Shown here piece by piece: positions 9,482-20,000 of a DNA stretch of 64,000 bases (its first letter is position 1; each line of letters starts with the position of its first letter). Below the pieces are notes generated by a model. That model was given only the letters and a program-made list of their open reading frames with translations, had not been told where the DNA came from and searched no databases. This DNA comes from an uncultured Phycisphaerales bacterium (GTDB taxonomy: Bacteria > Planctomycetota > Phycisphaerae > Tepidisphaerales > Tepidisphaeraceae), in the NCBI GenBank assembly GCA_963758525.1, contig CAVWVQ010000003.1, positions 224,001-288,000 on the forward strand, given 5' to 3'. The position numbers were made by a program, and so were the translations under genes.

Positions 9482-10861
9482 ATGAGTCAGTCGCGAAGAG
9501 ATTTCCTCAAGGCGTCGGGTCTGGTAATCATGGCCGGCGCGGCCGGATATCTGGGCACCGACGAATTCGTCCGCGGGCAGTTCGCCAACTACGGCGCTTC
9601 CCATCCGGGCGCCACCGCCGGCTCGCGCCAGCGGCCGACCCTCGTGACCATCTTCCTTCGCGGCGGAGCGGACGCGCTCAACGCGTTCGTCCCGTACGGC
9701 GATCCGCTGTACTACAAGCATCGCTCCCGCATCGCTCTCTATCCCTCCGCCGCCAAAAAGGGGCGCGAGGCCGGCGTCATTCCGGTTCGCAATTCCCCCT
9801 ACTGGGGAATGAACTCCAGCATGGCGCCGCTCACCCCGCTCATCGAGCAGGGCGTGCTCATGCCGTTCATGAACGTCGGGTCGATCGACGGCACCCGCTC
9901 GCACTTTAGCGCGCAGGACAACATGGAACGCGCGGTCATGAGCCACAGCGGCATCAACAGCGGGTGGCTCAATCGCTACCTCGAAGCCACCAAAAAGCCC
10001 TACGATGCGCCGCTCCGCGGACTGACCGCTCAGAACCTCGTTCCCCGCGCGCTCCGCGGCAACTACCCGGTTCTGGCCGGCAACAACCGCAGCGAGCAGA
10101 TGGATCTCTTCGAAGACCTTTATTCCAACAAGAATCTGGTCAACATGACCGCCCGCGACGGCGCCGGCGAAGAGCGCGGCTCCCGCCTCGACGACACCGA
10201 CTACAAGCCCGAGGAACACGCCCTCACCAGCGACATGGAGCGCGACATCATCGCCGCCTCCGGCGCCAATTCCGTTGAGCGCATCAAGGCGCTGGAAAAG
10301 GCAGAGCAAACGCAGACCGACGCGGAGTATCCCGGCGGCGGCCTGTCCAGTCAGCTTCGTACGATTGCCAAAGTCATCAAGGCGGACGTCGGGCTCGAAG
10401 TGGCCCAGGCTGATTTCGGCGGATGGGACACCCACAGCGGCCAGGGAGGCGTCGGCGGGCGTCACGCGAGGATGCTGGGCGAACTCAGCGCCGCGCTGGT
10501 GGCGTTTAATAAGGATCTTGGATCGCACATGGACCGCACGCTCGTGCTGGTCATGTCCGAGTTCGGCCGAACCGTTGACGACAACGGCGCGGAAGGCACC
10601 GACCACGGCCGCGCCGGCTTCATGATCGCCATGGGCAACATGGTGCAGGCCAAGGAACCCGTCTCCGGCGTCTGGAAGGGATTGCAGGACCTCGACGGTG
10701 GTCGCTTCCTTCCCGTGCACACCGACTTCCGCAGCGTCTACGCCGAGTCGCTGACCCGTCTCTTCCACGTGGACCCATTCAAGACGGGAATCCTGCCCGG
10801 TTACAAGGCCACCGCCGCGGACTTCCCCAACTTCATGAAGCAACTGCCGGAGCAAGCGTAA
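9482..10861 (+). CDS. DUF1501 family protein with Tat signal
   Basis: SRRDFLK; FLRGGADALN; RSHFSAQ; GGWDTH; SEFGRT; GTDHG; adjacent to DUF1800. Confidence 0.92.
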   Translation: MSQSRRDFLKASGLVIMAGAAGYLGTDEFVRGQFANYGASHPGATAGSRQRPTLVTIFLRGGADALNAFVPYGDPLYYKHRSRIALYPSAAKKGREAGVIPVRNSPYWGMNSSMAPLTPLIEQGVLMPFMNVGSIDGTRSHFSAQDNMERAVMSHSGINSGWLNRYLEATKKPYDAPLRGLTAQNLVPRALRGNYPVLAGNNRSEQMDLFEDLYSNKNLVNMTARDGAGEERGSRLDDTDYKPEEHALTSDMERDIIAASGANSVERIKALEKAEQTQTDAEYPGGGLSSQLRTIAKVIKADVGLEVAQADFGGWDTHSGQGGVGGRHARMLGELSAALVAFNKDLGSHMDRTLVLVMSEFGRTVDDNGAEGTDHGRAGFMIAMGNMVQAKEPVSGVWKGLQDLDGGRFLPVHTDFRSVYAESLTRLFHVDPFKTGILPGYKATAADFPNFMKQLPEQA

Positions 10862-10879
10862 GCCGGGGGCTTCGCCCCC

Positions 10880-11070
10880 GAAACCCGAATGACGAAACCA
10901 GAATTCCGAATCAAATCCGAATGACGAATGACGAATGACGAAACGCGATCCTTTCAGGCAAGCAGCGATGGGACAGACAATCGGCGGTGAACTCCCGACT
11001 CCCTGTTTCGGGCTTTGGACATTCGTCATTCGGGTTTGATTCTGATTTCGGGTTTCGTCATTCGGGTTTT
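10880..11070. repeat. AATGACG-heptamer inverted-repeat element, copy 1
   Basis: gaaacccgaatgacgaaacc...gaatgacgaatgacgaatgacg ... ggtttcgtcattcgggtttt. Confidence 0.85.
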
Positions 11071-11093
11071 CCCCTCAACCCCTGAACCCTGTA

Positions 11094-11636
11094 ATGCGTC
11101 TCCCCCTCCTTCCCGAATCCGTCGCCCAGGAATCGTGGTACGCCGACGGCCTGCAATTCACCTGCTCCCAATGCGGCAACTGCTGCACGGGCGGTCCCGG
11201 TTACGTCTGGATCAGCGACGAAGAAATCCGCCGGCTCGCGACACATCTCCAACTGTCGGAGAAGCAGGTGCGCGAACGATTCTGTCGCAAGATTGAAGGC
11301 CGGATCTCGTTGAAGGAGACGCGCACCCCCGAGGGAATGTACGACTGCATCTTTCTCAAGGAAGACGTTCAGCGCGGCAGGAAAACCTGCTCGATCTACC
11401 CGGTTCGTCCGCTCCAATGCAGGACGTGGCCCTTCTGGCCGGAGAATCTTCTCGATCGCGCCCGCTGGGACCGCGCCGCGAAACGCTGCCATGGGATGAA
11501 CCACGGCCGCACCTTCAGCCTGCCGCAACTGCAGTCGATTCGCGATGCCAAAGACTGGCCGGACAATCCGCCGACGTCAGCCGCGCAGGCGAAAGTCCGG
11601 GTGACGAAACCCGAAACCAGAATCAAGTCAGAATGA
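11094..11636 (+). CDS. YkgJ family cysteine-cluster protein
   Basis: FTCSQCGNCC...CIFL...CSIYPVRPLQCRTWPFWP. Confidence 0.9.
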   Translation: MRLPLLPESVAQESWYADGLQFTCSQCGNCCTGGPGYVWISDEEIRRLATHLQLSEKQVRERFCRKIEGRISLKETRTPEGMYDCIFLKEDVQRGRKTCSIYPVRPLQCRTWPFWPENLLDRARWDRAAKRCHGMNHGRTFSLPQLQSIRDAKDWPDNPPTSAAQAKVRVTKPETRIKSE

Positions 11637-11814
11637 CTGGATGTGGAAACTGCGGATGCGTGTCGTCGTTTCAAGGTGATCAAAACCGCGCGTTGCATAT
11701 AGCTTCAACTCACCGAGTGCGCGAACAGGATCGCTTGCTGCGTTTCATTCAGTCATTCGTCATTCTGGTTTGATTCTTTGATTGGGGATTCTGGTTTCGG
11801 AATTCGGATTTTTC
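11591..11814. repeat. AATGACG-family inverted-repeat element, copy 2 (supplies the ykgJ stop codon)
   Basis: gtgacgaaacccgaaaccagaatcaagtcagaatgac ... gtcattcgtcattctggtttgattc...ctggtttcggaattcggattt. Confidence 0.75.
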
Positions 11815-11830
11815 GGTGAACCGGAACTAT

Positions 11831-12286
11831 CTACTTCCCCTCAGCCGGCCGGATCATGATGAACTTCCCGTGATCGTATTTTGACGAATAAGTGCAATTG
11901 AAATCCGTATTCGTCGCGGTCCCGTCGTATTTGTAAACGCCGCCGGCAAGCGATCCGAGATCCTGTGCTCCCGAAAGGTGGACCGAGTTTTCCTGGGGCG
12001 TTCCTTGCAGTTCGGCGACGTACGCAAACGTAAAGATCTTCCAATATGTCGCGACAAAGTGGGCGCAGTAGCGGTCATCGCCGGTCTTTGTCATTACGCA
12101 TCTCAGACTCCCGGTGTGATCGTCCTTGTCGCTTCTCCAATGGCCCTGCCATTTTCCTTCGATATCGCCCGGACTGGTGGCCGCCGGCGCCTCCTTCCAC
12201 TCACGGTTGAAGCTGGAGCACCCGGCGAGAAATGCCAGGCTGGACAGGATGACCCATCGATTGCATCTGCCTGTTGCGGTTGACAT
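11831..12286 (-). CDS. Hypothetical lipoprotein
   Basis: Lipobox FLAGC; GKWQGHWRS...G.L.C beta-rich body. Confidence 0.75.
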   Translation of the reverse strand: MSTATGRCNRWVILSSLAFLAGCSSFNREWKEAPAATSPGDIEGKWQGHWRSDKDDHTGSLRCVMTKTGDDRYCAHFVATYWKIFTFAYVAELQGTPQENSVHLSGAQDLGSLAGGVYKYDGTATNTDFNCTYSSKYDHGKFIMIRPAEGK

Positions 12287-12297
12287 GGTTTCTGATT

Positions 12298-12912
12298 TTA
12301 CGCCGGGTCCTTCAAGACAGCAGCGTCATTCTTTCCCTGACGCAGCGCCGTCACGTTTTCGAGGATGGCCGTGAGCCGCGCGATAATCGCCTCGTGCCGT
12401 TCGGTCTCCGGCGTCGGTGTCTTCTGCACGAATGAAATGGTGCCGGTCGGCTCCAGCATGCAGCGATCGACGTCATGCAGCGACGCAATCCCCTGCTTAT
12501 GTGCGGCGGCGACGAGCTCCTCCCTGGAGATCAGCTCGCGCTGCAGATGATCCTTGTGGATTTTCCCGCCGCTCATCAGCACGTCCGCCTTTCCTTCGAT
12601 CAGCCGGCCCAGCTTCCGGTTGCTGTAGATGATTCGCACGACGACGTAGTTGATGGCCAGAAGTGTTGCCGCGCCGAGGATGCCCCCGGTGATGCTGTTG
12701 TCGTTGCCGATGATGGCATTTTGCACCGTGTTCGAAAGAGTCATCAGGACGACGAAATCGAACGGATTGATCTGCGCCAGCTCGCGTTTTCCCGCCAGCC
12801 GCAGGCCGATGATGAGAAACACGTAGACCACGATCGGCCGTACTATTTTTTCCAGATAGGTGACGGCGGTTGAATCGAGAACAAACATGTTATGCAGTGC
12901 GGTGTCGAGCAT
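12298..12912 (-). CDS. DUF421/YetF family membrane protein
   Basis: GLRLAGKRELAQINPFDFVV...LEPTGTISF. Confidence 0.9.
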   Translation of the reverse strand: MLDTALHNMFVLDSTAVTYLEKIVRPIVVYVFLIIGLRLAGKRELAQINPFDFVVLMTLSNTVQNAIIGNDNSITGGILGAATLLAINYVVVRIIYSNRKLGRLIEGKADVLMSGGKIHKDHLQRELISREELVAAAHKQGIASLHDVDRCMLEPTGTISFVQKTPTPETERHEAIIARLTAILENVTALRQGKNDAAVLKDPA

Positions 12913-13023
12913 GGGAACCTCCGAAAGCGGCGCATTGTAAGCGCAGCCCGGGGGTTCTCGAACTCATGCGAACTCATGCGAAAGCATTGGAAAGCCCGCT
13001 CCGTTCGTGTACAACCGATCTCT

Positions 13024-13147
13024 CGCGCCGCGGTAGCGGCCGGGACCGATGCAAAGGTCGGCTGTGAACCGGGTCAGGTCCGAAAGGAAGCAGCCCTAAG
13101 CAGATCCGGTTTTGTGCCCTCGTGTTCCCGGTCGCTTCCGCGGCGCG
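13024..13147 (+). ncRNA. ffs: Signal recognition particle (4.5S) RNA
   Basis: Conserved helix 8 GGTCAGGTCCGAAAGGAAGCAGCC inside a long hairpin closed by cgcgccgcgg / ccgcggcgcg. Confidence 0.92.
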
Positions 13148-13202
13148 GTCGTCCGGTTCCACTCCGTTTCTTCCGGCCGAAGTGGTGCGCACGCGGGAGC
13201 GG

Positions 13203-14258
13203 CTAGCGCAGCTCTGCTCCGGTCCGAATGTCGGCGCGCTCGGGCTTGGGCTCGCGGGTCATCAGGTAACTGAGGGCGTGCAGCACATCGAGGCTCTCGA
13301 AGAGAATTCGATAGACGGCTTCGGTGATCGGCATTTCGACGTTGTATTGCCGGGCGAGCGTGAAGAGGGCCTTGGTGGTGGGGACCCCCTCGGCGACGCT
13401 GTCCATCGAAGCAAGAATCTGTGAAAGCTGCATTCCCTTCCCGATGCGCTCGCCGACGGTGCGGTTGCGGCCTTCGGGGCTGACGCAGGTGGTGATCAGG
13501 TCGCCGAGGCCGGCGAGGCCCTGGAAGGTTTCGGGGCGGGCGCCCATGGCGGTGCCCAAGCGGCTGATTTCGACCAGGCCGCGAGTGACCAGGGCGGCCT
13601 TGGCGTTGTTGCCGGCGGAGAGGCCGTCGAGAATTCCGGCGGCGATGGCGATCACGTTTTTGGTCGCGCCGGCGAGTTCGACGCCGATCACGTCGGTGTT
13701 GGTGTAAACGCGAAACCACTGCGTGGAAAAGGCGGCCTGGACGCGTTCGCCAAGCGCCGGGTCGTCCGACGCAACGACCGCAGTTGCGGGAAGGTAGCGG
13801 GCGAGCTCGGCGGCAATGTTCGGACCGGAGAGGGCGGCCAGGCGCGTGCCCCCTTGCTGAATGATCCCGAAGCCGGCGTCCTTGAGCACGTTTGAGATGA
13901 TTTGCGTGGGACACAGGAGCGTCGAGGTTTCGATTCCCTTTGCCACCGAAACTACCGGAATACCTTTGGGAAGGTGCGGTGCGAGCCGGGTCCAGACGCC
14001 GCGCATGTATTGCGTTGGGACGGCGGACAGCACCATGGTTGCGCCGTTGAAGCAGCTTGCGTCATTGGCGGTCAGCGCGACTCCGGTTGGAATCCGCACG
14101 CCGGGCAAAAGCCGCTCCTGCTCGCGGTTTTGAATCAGCCTTTCGATCGATTCCTCGAAGGCGCCCCAGATGGTGACGTGATGGCCGTTCTGGCTGAGGA
14201 GGATCGAGCAGACGGTGGCCATCGCGCCGTCGCCGAGGATCGTGATGTGCTCGGGCAT
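13203..14258 (-). CDS. gpsA: NAD(P)H-dependent glycerol-3-phosphate dehydrogenase
   Basis: GDGAMA, SVAKGIE, LSGPNIA, GATKNVIAIAAG, GLAGLGDLITTC, AEGVPT. Confidence 0.95.
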   Translation of the reverse strand: MPEHITILGDGAMATVCSILLSQNGHHVTIWGAFEESIERLIQNREQERLLPGVRIPTGVALTANDASCFNGATMVLSAVPTQYMRGVWTRLAPHLPKGIPVVSVAKGIETSTLLCPTQIISNVLKDAGFGIIQQGGTRLAALSGPNIAAELARYLPATAVVASDDPALGERVQAAFSTQWFRVYTNTDVIGVELAGATKNVIAIAAGILDGLSAGNNAKAALVTRGLVEISRLGTAMGARPETFQGLAGLGDLITTCVSPEGRNRTVGERIGKGMQLSQILASMDSVAEGVPTTKALFTLARQYNVEMPITEAVYRILFESLDVLHALSYLMTREPKPERADIRTGAELR

Positions 14259-14534
14259 GGGGGGGATTGTACCCCTCTGCCGGAGTACCGGGAGAGGGGT
14301 GCAAGGAATTTCACGGGGGAGCCGCTTCGCGAACAATTTGATCAATTTGGGAACTGTGCCGCAAGCATGCTGGGGGCCCGCCTTGGTCCTCCGCCGGAGC
14401 ATCGGTGAAGGGAATAGAAGGGCCGTCGAAATTGTCACGCCCTTCTGCGTGGTGATGGGATCGCAGCCGGGACGGCTGTGCTACGGGGATGGCGCTTCTG
14501 AATGGCTTGGAAATTTAGGCCTTTTCGTGCGGGC

Positions 14535-16979
14535 TTACACGTGACCGTTGGCGCCGTTCGATCCGTTGGTCCCACTGGCGCCGTTGGTGCCTTGCGAGGC
14601 TTTGGCACCGTTGGAACCATTGGTGCCGTGTGCGCCGTTGGTGGCGTGGTGTCCGTTGGTTCCGTTGGTTCCGTTGGTTCCGTTGGTTCCGTTGCCATTG
14701 GAACCGTTGGTTCCGCGATGGCCGTTGGTCCCATTGGCGTGGCCGTTGCCGTTTTGATAGGCGTAGTAGGTCTTGATCAGCGGGCCGTAGTATCCGCCGC
14801 CCTGCACGCGGACGGCGTTGAGAATGACGCCCAGATGCTCGGCCTTGAGCTGTCGGAGCTGATCGCGGAGGCGCTGGAGGATGCCTCGGCTGTCGCCCAT
14901 GGCGCGGACGACGGTGACGACGCCATCGACGCGCGGGGCCAGACCGACGGTTTCGGAGACGATCAGCAGCGGGCCGCTGTCGAAAATGACATGATCGTAT
15001 TCTTCCAATGCCCGCTCGATGAAGTCGATGAGCAACTGGCTCTCGAGAAGCTCAGTGGAATTGGCGGGCTTGTTGCCAAGCACGAGCACCGAGAGGTTTG
15101 GAACGCCGGTCTCGCGGACGGCGTGAGCGAACTGCTCGCCGCTGGTGAGCACGTCTCCGAAGCCCAGATGATTGTCGAGATTGAAGATCTGATGGAGCTG
15201 AGGCCTGCGGAAGTTGGCGTCGACGAGAAGAATGCGGCGGCCGTTGAGAGCGAGTCCGGCGGCGAGATTGCAGGCGACGGTGGTCTTGCCGTCTCCGGGG
15301 CTGCAGCCGGTGACGAGGATGCTGCGGGTGGTATCCAGCGACGCTGCGTGCTGCAGCCGCGTGCGCACCTGGCGGAATTGCTCGGCGATCATGGAATGGG
15401 GAGCTTCCATGATCAGCAGCGGCAACCGCGCTCCGACCGCCTGCGGATCGTCATCCTGATGCGGGATCATCCCGAGCAGGTTCAACTGCCCGACCCGCGC
15501 GATATCGCGTGGCGAACGAACGCTGGTGTTGGTCACTTCGCGAAGGAATGCAATTCCCAATCCCAGCGCCAGGCTCAGCCCGATCGCCATGGTCATGGTG
15601 TTGACCAGCTTGGGAAAAGTGGGAACCTCAGGCAGCTCGGGATGCGTGTACCAACTGACATTGGCGTAGCCGCCGTTGTTCCAGTTGCGCACGTTGTCCT
15701 GCGTGTCCTTCAATTTAGCGAGCTTATCCAGCGAAGCGCGCTCTTCGGTCTTGAGACGCAGGTATTCGTTCTGCTGGGCCGCCAGATCCGCCATTTTCGA
15801 CTGCACCGCGTCGACCTGGGCGCCGATCGCGGCCACGCGCGCCTGGCCGTCCACCAGAGCATCGGTCAGCTCGTTCTGCAGCCGCTGCACGTAGTCTTTG
15901 CGAAGCTGCTCGTGCTGCGCGTCCACGTCCTTTTGCAGCATGTCGATCATCTTCCCCAGATCCTTCACCTGCGGATTCGACGACCCCAGGCTCTGCTGGA
16001 GACGGACCATCTCCATCTTCTCCGCATCCAGGCGCGCCTGTGATTCGGAGAACTTTCCGTTCAGACGAATCGCATCTTCAACCGACGGAGTGGTATTGGT
16101 CGTGCGCAGGTCCTTTTGAAATTTATCGTACCGCTCCCGCAAATCATCCAGCATCGAGTTGAGGCGCAACTTCTCGGCCGTCAATGTCTCGAACAGTGTT
16201 TCGCGGTAGCCGCGACCCTCCAGCGGCTGGCCCTCGTCGCTCAACTGCTTGGTCAGCTTCGCGAGGCGGCTCTGTGTTTCGCTGAGGTCGCCCTCATACT
16301 GGAGCTGCATGCGTGCCAGCATGCGGGACTGATCGGCATCCCGGACCTGGCTGGCTTCGCGCTGGTCGGCAATGTGCTGTGTAACCACCGCTTCGACGAT
16401 GGCGCGCGTATCGGCCGGCACTTCGCTGGAAAACGAGATAGCCATCAGGCGTGACGCGGGGACGCCCGAGACTTCCAGATTCTCGAGCAAGCTTTGCTTG
16501 GCCGCCTCGACGTCGACAGTCGGCCGGCCGTTGACCGAATGGACGAACTGCTGAAACCATCGGGTTTCACGAATGGCGGTGCTGCCATCCAGCACGCGAA
16601 CGATCAGGTCGCCGTGCTGGATCTTCGCCGCCTGCTCATGGGTCTCGAGGTCGACATTAACCGCGCCCTGCGAGGAATACATGTCGCCCATGTGGGGGAA
16701 ATCTTCGGCGGTCATGATGCGGACCATGCCGGTGGAGGTGAACCGCGGGTGGTTGAGGGCAAGCCAGGTGTTGATGCCGTATCCGATCGCTCCGCCGACG
16801 ATCAGGAGCAATCCGATCAGCCAGGCGTTGGCACGGAGCACGCGGAGGATGTCATTGCCGCTCATCGTGGCGGCGGCGGGCTGCTGATGTGCGATGACCG
16901 GGACGGCGCCGGGAATCGCCAGCGCCGTCATTCCCGGCCGCGGGGCTCGCATCGGAGTGGTCTGTGGCAACGTTGTCAT
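14535..16979 (-). CDS. wzc: Polysaccharide chain-length regulator / BY-kinase (Wzc/GumC-CpsD)
   Basis: Two TM segments around a coiled-coil region; EQFRQVRT; Walker A GDGKTT; LLVDANFRRP; FDSGP; Tyr cluster YYGPLIKTYYAY; GTN-repeat tail. Confidence 0.9.
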   Translation of the reverse strand: MTTLPQTTPMRAPRPGMTALAIPGAVPVIAHQQPAAATMSGNDILRVLRANAWLIGLLLIVGGAIGYGINTWLALNHPRFTSTGMVRIMTAEDFPHMGDMYSSQGAVNVDLETHEQAAKIQHGDLIVRVLDGSTAIRETRWFQQFVHSVNGRPTVDVEAAKQSLLENLEVSGVPASRLMAISFSSEVPADTRAIVEAVVTQHIADQREASQVRDADQSRMLARMQLQYEGDLSETQSRLAKLTKQLSDEGQPLEGRGYRETLFETLTAEKLRLNSMLDDLRERYDKFQKDLRTTNTTPSVEDAIRLNGKFSESQARLDAEKMEMVRLQQSLGSSNPQVKDLGKMIDMLQKDVDAQHEQLRKDYVQRLQNELTDALVDGQARVAAIGAQVDAVQSKMADLAAQQNEYLRLKTEERASLDKLAKLKDTQDNVRNWNNGGYANVSWYTHPELPEVPTFPKLVNTMTMAIGLSLALGLGIAFLREVTNTSVRSPRDIARVGQLNLLGMIPHQDDDPQAVGARLPLLIMEAPHSMIAEQFRQVRTRLQHAASLDTTRSILVTGCSPGDGKTTVACNLAAGLALNGRRILLVDANFRRPQLHQIFNLDNHLGFGDVLTSGEQFAHAVRETGVPNLSVLVLGNKPANSTELLESQLLIDFIERALEEYDHVIFDSGPLLIVSETVGLAPRVDGVVTVVRAMGDSRGILQRLRDQLRQLKAEHLGVILNAVRVQGGGYYGPLIKTYYAYQNGNGHANGTNGHRGTNGSNGNGTNGTNGTNGTNGHHATNGAHGTNGSNGAKASQGTNGASGTNGSNGANGHV

Positions 16980-17004
16980 GAACTGTCATTTCCCAGCAGG
17001 CATT

Positions 17005-20000
17005 TTACCTGCCATCCGCAGCCGCTTTCCCGTCGAGCATTTGCCGCGCCCTGGCGAGGGACTGGGCGATCGCGGATTTCAGCTCCGCGCTTACAGATGC
17101 ATGCTGCTCCTGGGCCTGCTGCACCTGGGTCTGCGCAATCTCCAATTGCTTGACGGCGTCAGCCGGCATGGAGCTTCGGAGATACGCCTCACCCAGATGA
17201 TAGCGTGCAAATGTGAAATCCTGATGCTCTTCCACAAGTTTTTGCAGTATATCCAATCCGCTCGCCGCTCCTGGGCCACCGCACAGGGTGAGAACCCAAC
17301 CCTGGGTATCGCTGACGCTGGGCATCAATTGCCCCGAGCGCCGGCTGAGGTCATAAGCCTGTTGACTGTAAGTCAGGGCCTGCTGAGGGTTACTGAGATC
17401 ATCGGCAAGTACGTTGGCGATGTTATTCAGCACTTGGGCATCATTTGGCGCGATCGTCAACGCTTCTAGGTACGCATCCCTCGCGTTCTGCGGCTGTTTC
17501 AGCATTGTATAGGACTGTGCCAGGATCGACAGCGCATGAACTCGCTGAACCGCGGAAATGGCGTTATTTTGGCGAAGCGGCGCAGCTTGGGCTACCACGG
17601 CGGCGAAATCGCCCTTTGCCAGATTGAGATCCGCTGCGATCAGACGCCAGTTTGGATCAGCATCGCGCGGCTGCACGCGCTGCAGCGCTTCATCGATCCC
17701 GACGTTTGCCGAGATGACCTTTATCACTCTTGCCGAGGCTTCAAAGTCTGGAGCCGCCGCCAATGCAGCATCCAGGTCTTTCAGGCCGGACGTTTTATCG
17801 CTCTGCCCTTCGCCGCGCCACGCGCCATGTACATCCACCAGGGCCTGATGCCGCGCGCTTCGAGTTCGTCGCCGGTCTGAATGATCGCCGGATAGCGTCC
17901 GGCGCTCATGAGGATTGATAGTTTTTCGGAAAACAACGAGGTGTTCTGCGGCGCGGCGGCGATTGCCTGCTCGACTTTCTGGATGGCGTCGTCGAACTGC
18001 TTGCGATCGGCGAGGCCGTAGGCGTCCTTTATCAGCCACGTAGTATCGGTGCTCAGTTGAGGATCGTTCTCGGCTTCGTGAACGACTCGGTCATACTCCG
18101 ACCAGAGCGGAGGCGTTGCCGACGCGTAGGCGGCCAGAAGGCGGATGCGCGCGCTGCGGCTTTGCGGCATGGCTTTCAGCCCGTCTTCCAGGGTCCGCAG
18201 CGCATCATCAGGTTGCCCGCGGCGGTTGTAGATGTCGGCCAGGAGCTCGTAGGCCTTGGGGCTGGCGCGGTTTTGCACTTTGAGCTGGCTGCCGTCGCGC
18301 AGAGCCAGATCGAGATCACCATCGGGAAGCTGCGATTCGACAAACGCCTGGTGATACAGCGCATCGTTGTCCGTCGGGCCGGCGGCGATAGCGTCTTTGG
18401 CGGCCTGTCGGGCATCGACCAGATGCCCCGCCGCAAGCTCCGCAGTCACGAGGAGATTCAGGAGCGGCAGTGATCGCGGCGCGGAGCGCAGCGCGTCTTT
18501 GATGCCCTGTTCGGCCTCGTCGTTGCGGCCGGCGGCACTGAGCGTTTGCAGACGCTGGAAGCTGACGCGCGGGTCAGCGCCGTTGCGTGCCTGCAGCAAT
18601 GACAGAGCTTGGTCGAAACGCGTGGCCTGCACCAAGGCGGCGGCGAGCTTCAACTCCATTTCCACCGAATGCCCTGACTTCTCGAAAGCGTCGCTCAGCG
18701 CCTTGATCCGGGCGTCGGTCTTCCCTGCCTGCTGGTAGAAATCCGCAAGCAGCAACGACGGCTCGGGCCTGGATGCCAGCGCGGGAGCGGAGGCCAGATC
18801 CAGCAGAAGTTTTTCGGCGCCCGGCGCATCGCCGCGAAACTGCGTGATCTGCGCAAGAAGCCCGACAAGCGTAATGTCCTGGGGCCAACGCGCCACCGCA
18901 TTCTTCAGCGTGTCTGCGGCCAGGTCGAGGTTCTGCCGCGAGCTGTCAGGGTTGCTTGTCTGCAGGCGTTCCCCGACGCGCAGCGCCGCTTGGGCGAGGG
19001 CTCTGTAGTTGGCCGGATCATCCGGCGAGGCGTCGAGCTCGCGCTTGCGTTCGGCAACGGCGACCTCCGGATGTTCGGAGTAAGCCAGGTCATATTCGAT
19101 TGCCGCTTCCCGAAAAGCCGCGCTGTGCGGATGGAGCCTTTGCGCGGTCATGATGGTTTCCGCCGCGCGATCGGGCTGATGGAGGTGGAGGTATGCCTCG
19201 ATCAGGCCCTGCAGCGCGCCGACGTTGTCATGCTGGCGGTCCAGCGCATTGTTGAACTCCACGACTGCCTTATCCGGGCTGCCATCCGCAGCGAGCGCGG
19301 TTCCCAGCAATGCGTAGCTCTCGGCAAACTCCGGCCTGCGTGTGACCAGATCGCGGGCGATCTGCAGTGCCGCGGGATGGTCTCCCCTGGCGAGCGCGAG
19401 GCGAACGCGATAGACCAGTCCGTCCGCACCGTCGGCCTGCATCGCCGCGAGCCGGGCGGCTTCCTGCTCCGCCAGATCGTAGCGCTCGCGCGCGATATCC
19501 AACTGAAAAAAGAGCCCGTGCACTTGCGCTATCCGGCCGGAGCCGGTCAGCGGCGGCGAGATGAGCCGCGGCGGCGTCATAATTGTTGTGATTCAGTTCT
19601 TTCTCGTATTCCAACAATTCGCGAGTGAAGTCGTCTGTCGCGGCCAGAAGCTGCGGATCCAGCGCAGCAACCTGATTGCCCGAGGGAGAATCCAGTTGCT
19701 GGCGAAGAATCAGCAGCGAGATATTTTTCGGATTCTTTCGCAAGCCCTGCTCGACGACGGCCCTGGCTTGATCCCGCTGTCCGTTGGCGATATCGGCCTG
19801 GACGAGCGCGTCGGCGATCGTCAGATCGTCCGGCGACTGCTTGTAGAGCGGCTCCAGGAGGCGACTGGCGTCGGCGGGGTTGGCCACGAGCAGCGCGTAT
19901 TTCGCCTTGGCCAACTGCTGGGCGGAATCGGCTTCGGGAAGAGTGGCGTACGCCGCGCGGGCCGCGTCGGTCTGCCGCTGCTCCAGCAATTGCCGAATGC

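Noticed and set aside
9443..11029. Long antisense ORFs (also 14502-16043, 26360-27703, 53540-54904, 55469-56572)
   Set aside because: They are shadows of well-supported genes on the opposite strand, expected at high GC.
12960..12982. 10-bp tandem GAACTCATGC upstream of the SRP RNA
   Set aside because: Only two units with no recurrence elsewhere, so no function can be supported.
14535..14757. NGT/NGS repeats as N-glycosylation sequons
   Set aside because: The Wzc C-terminus is cytoplasmic, so a sequon role is unlikely.
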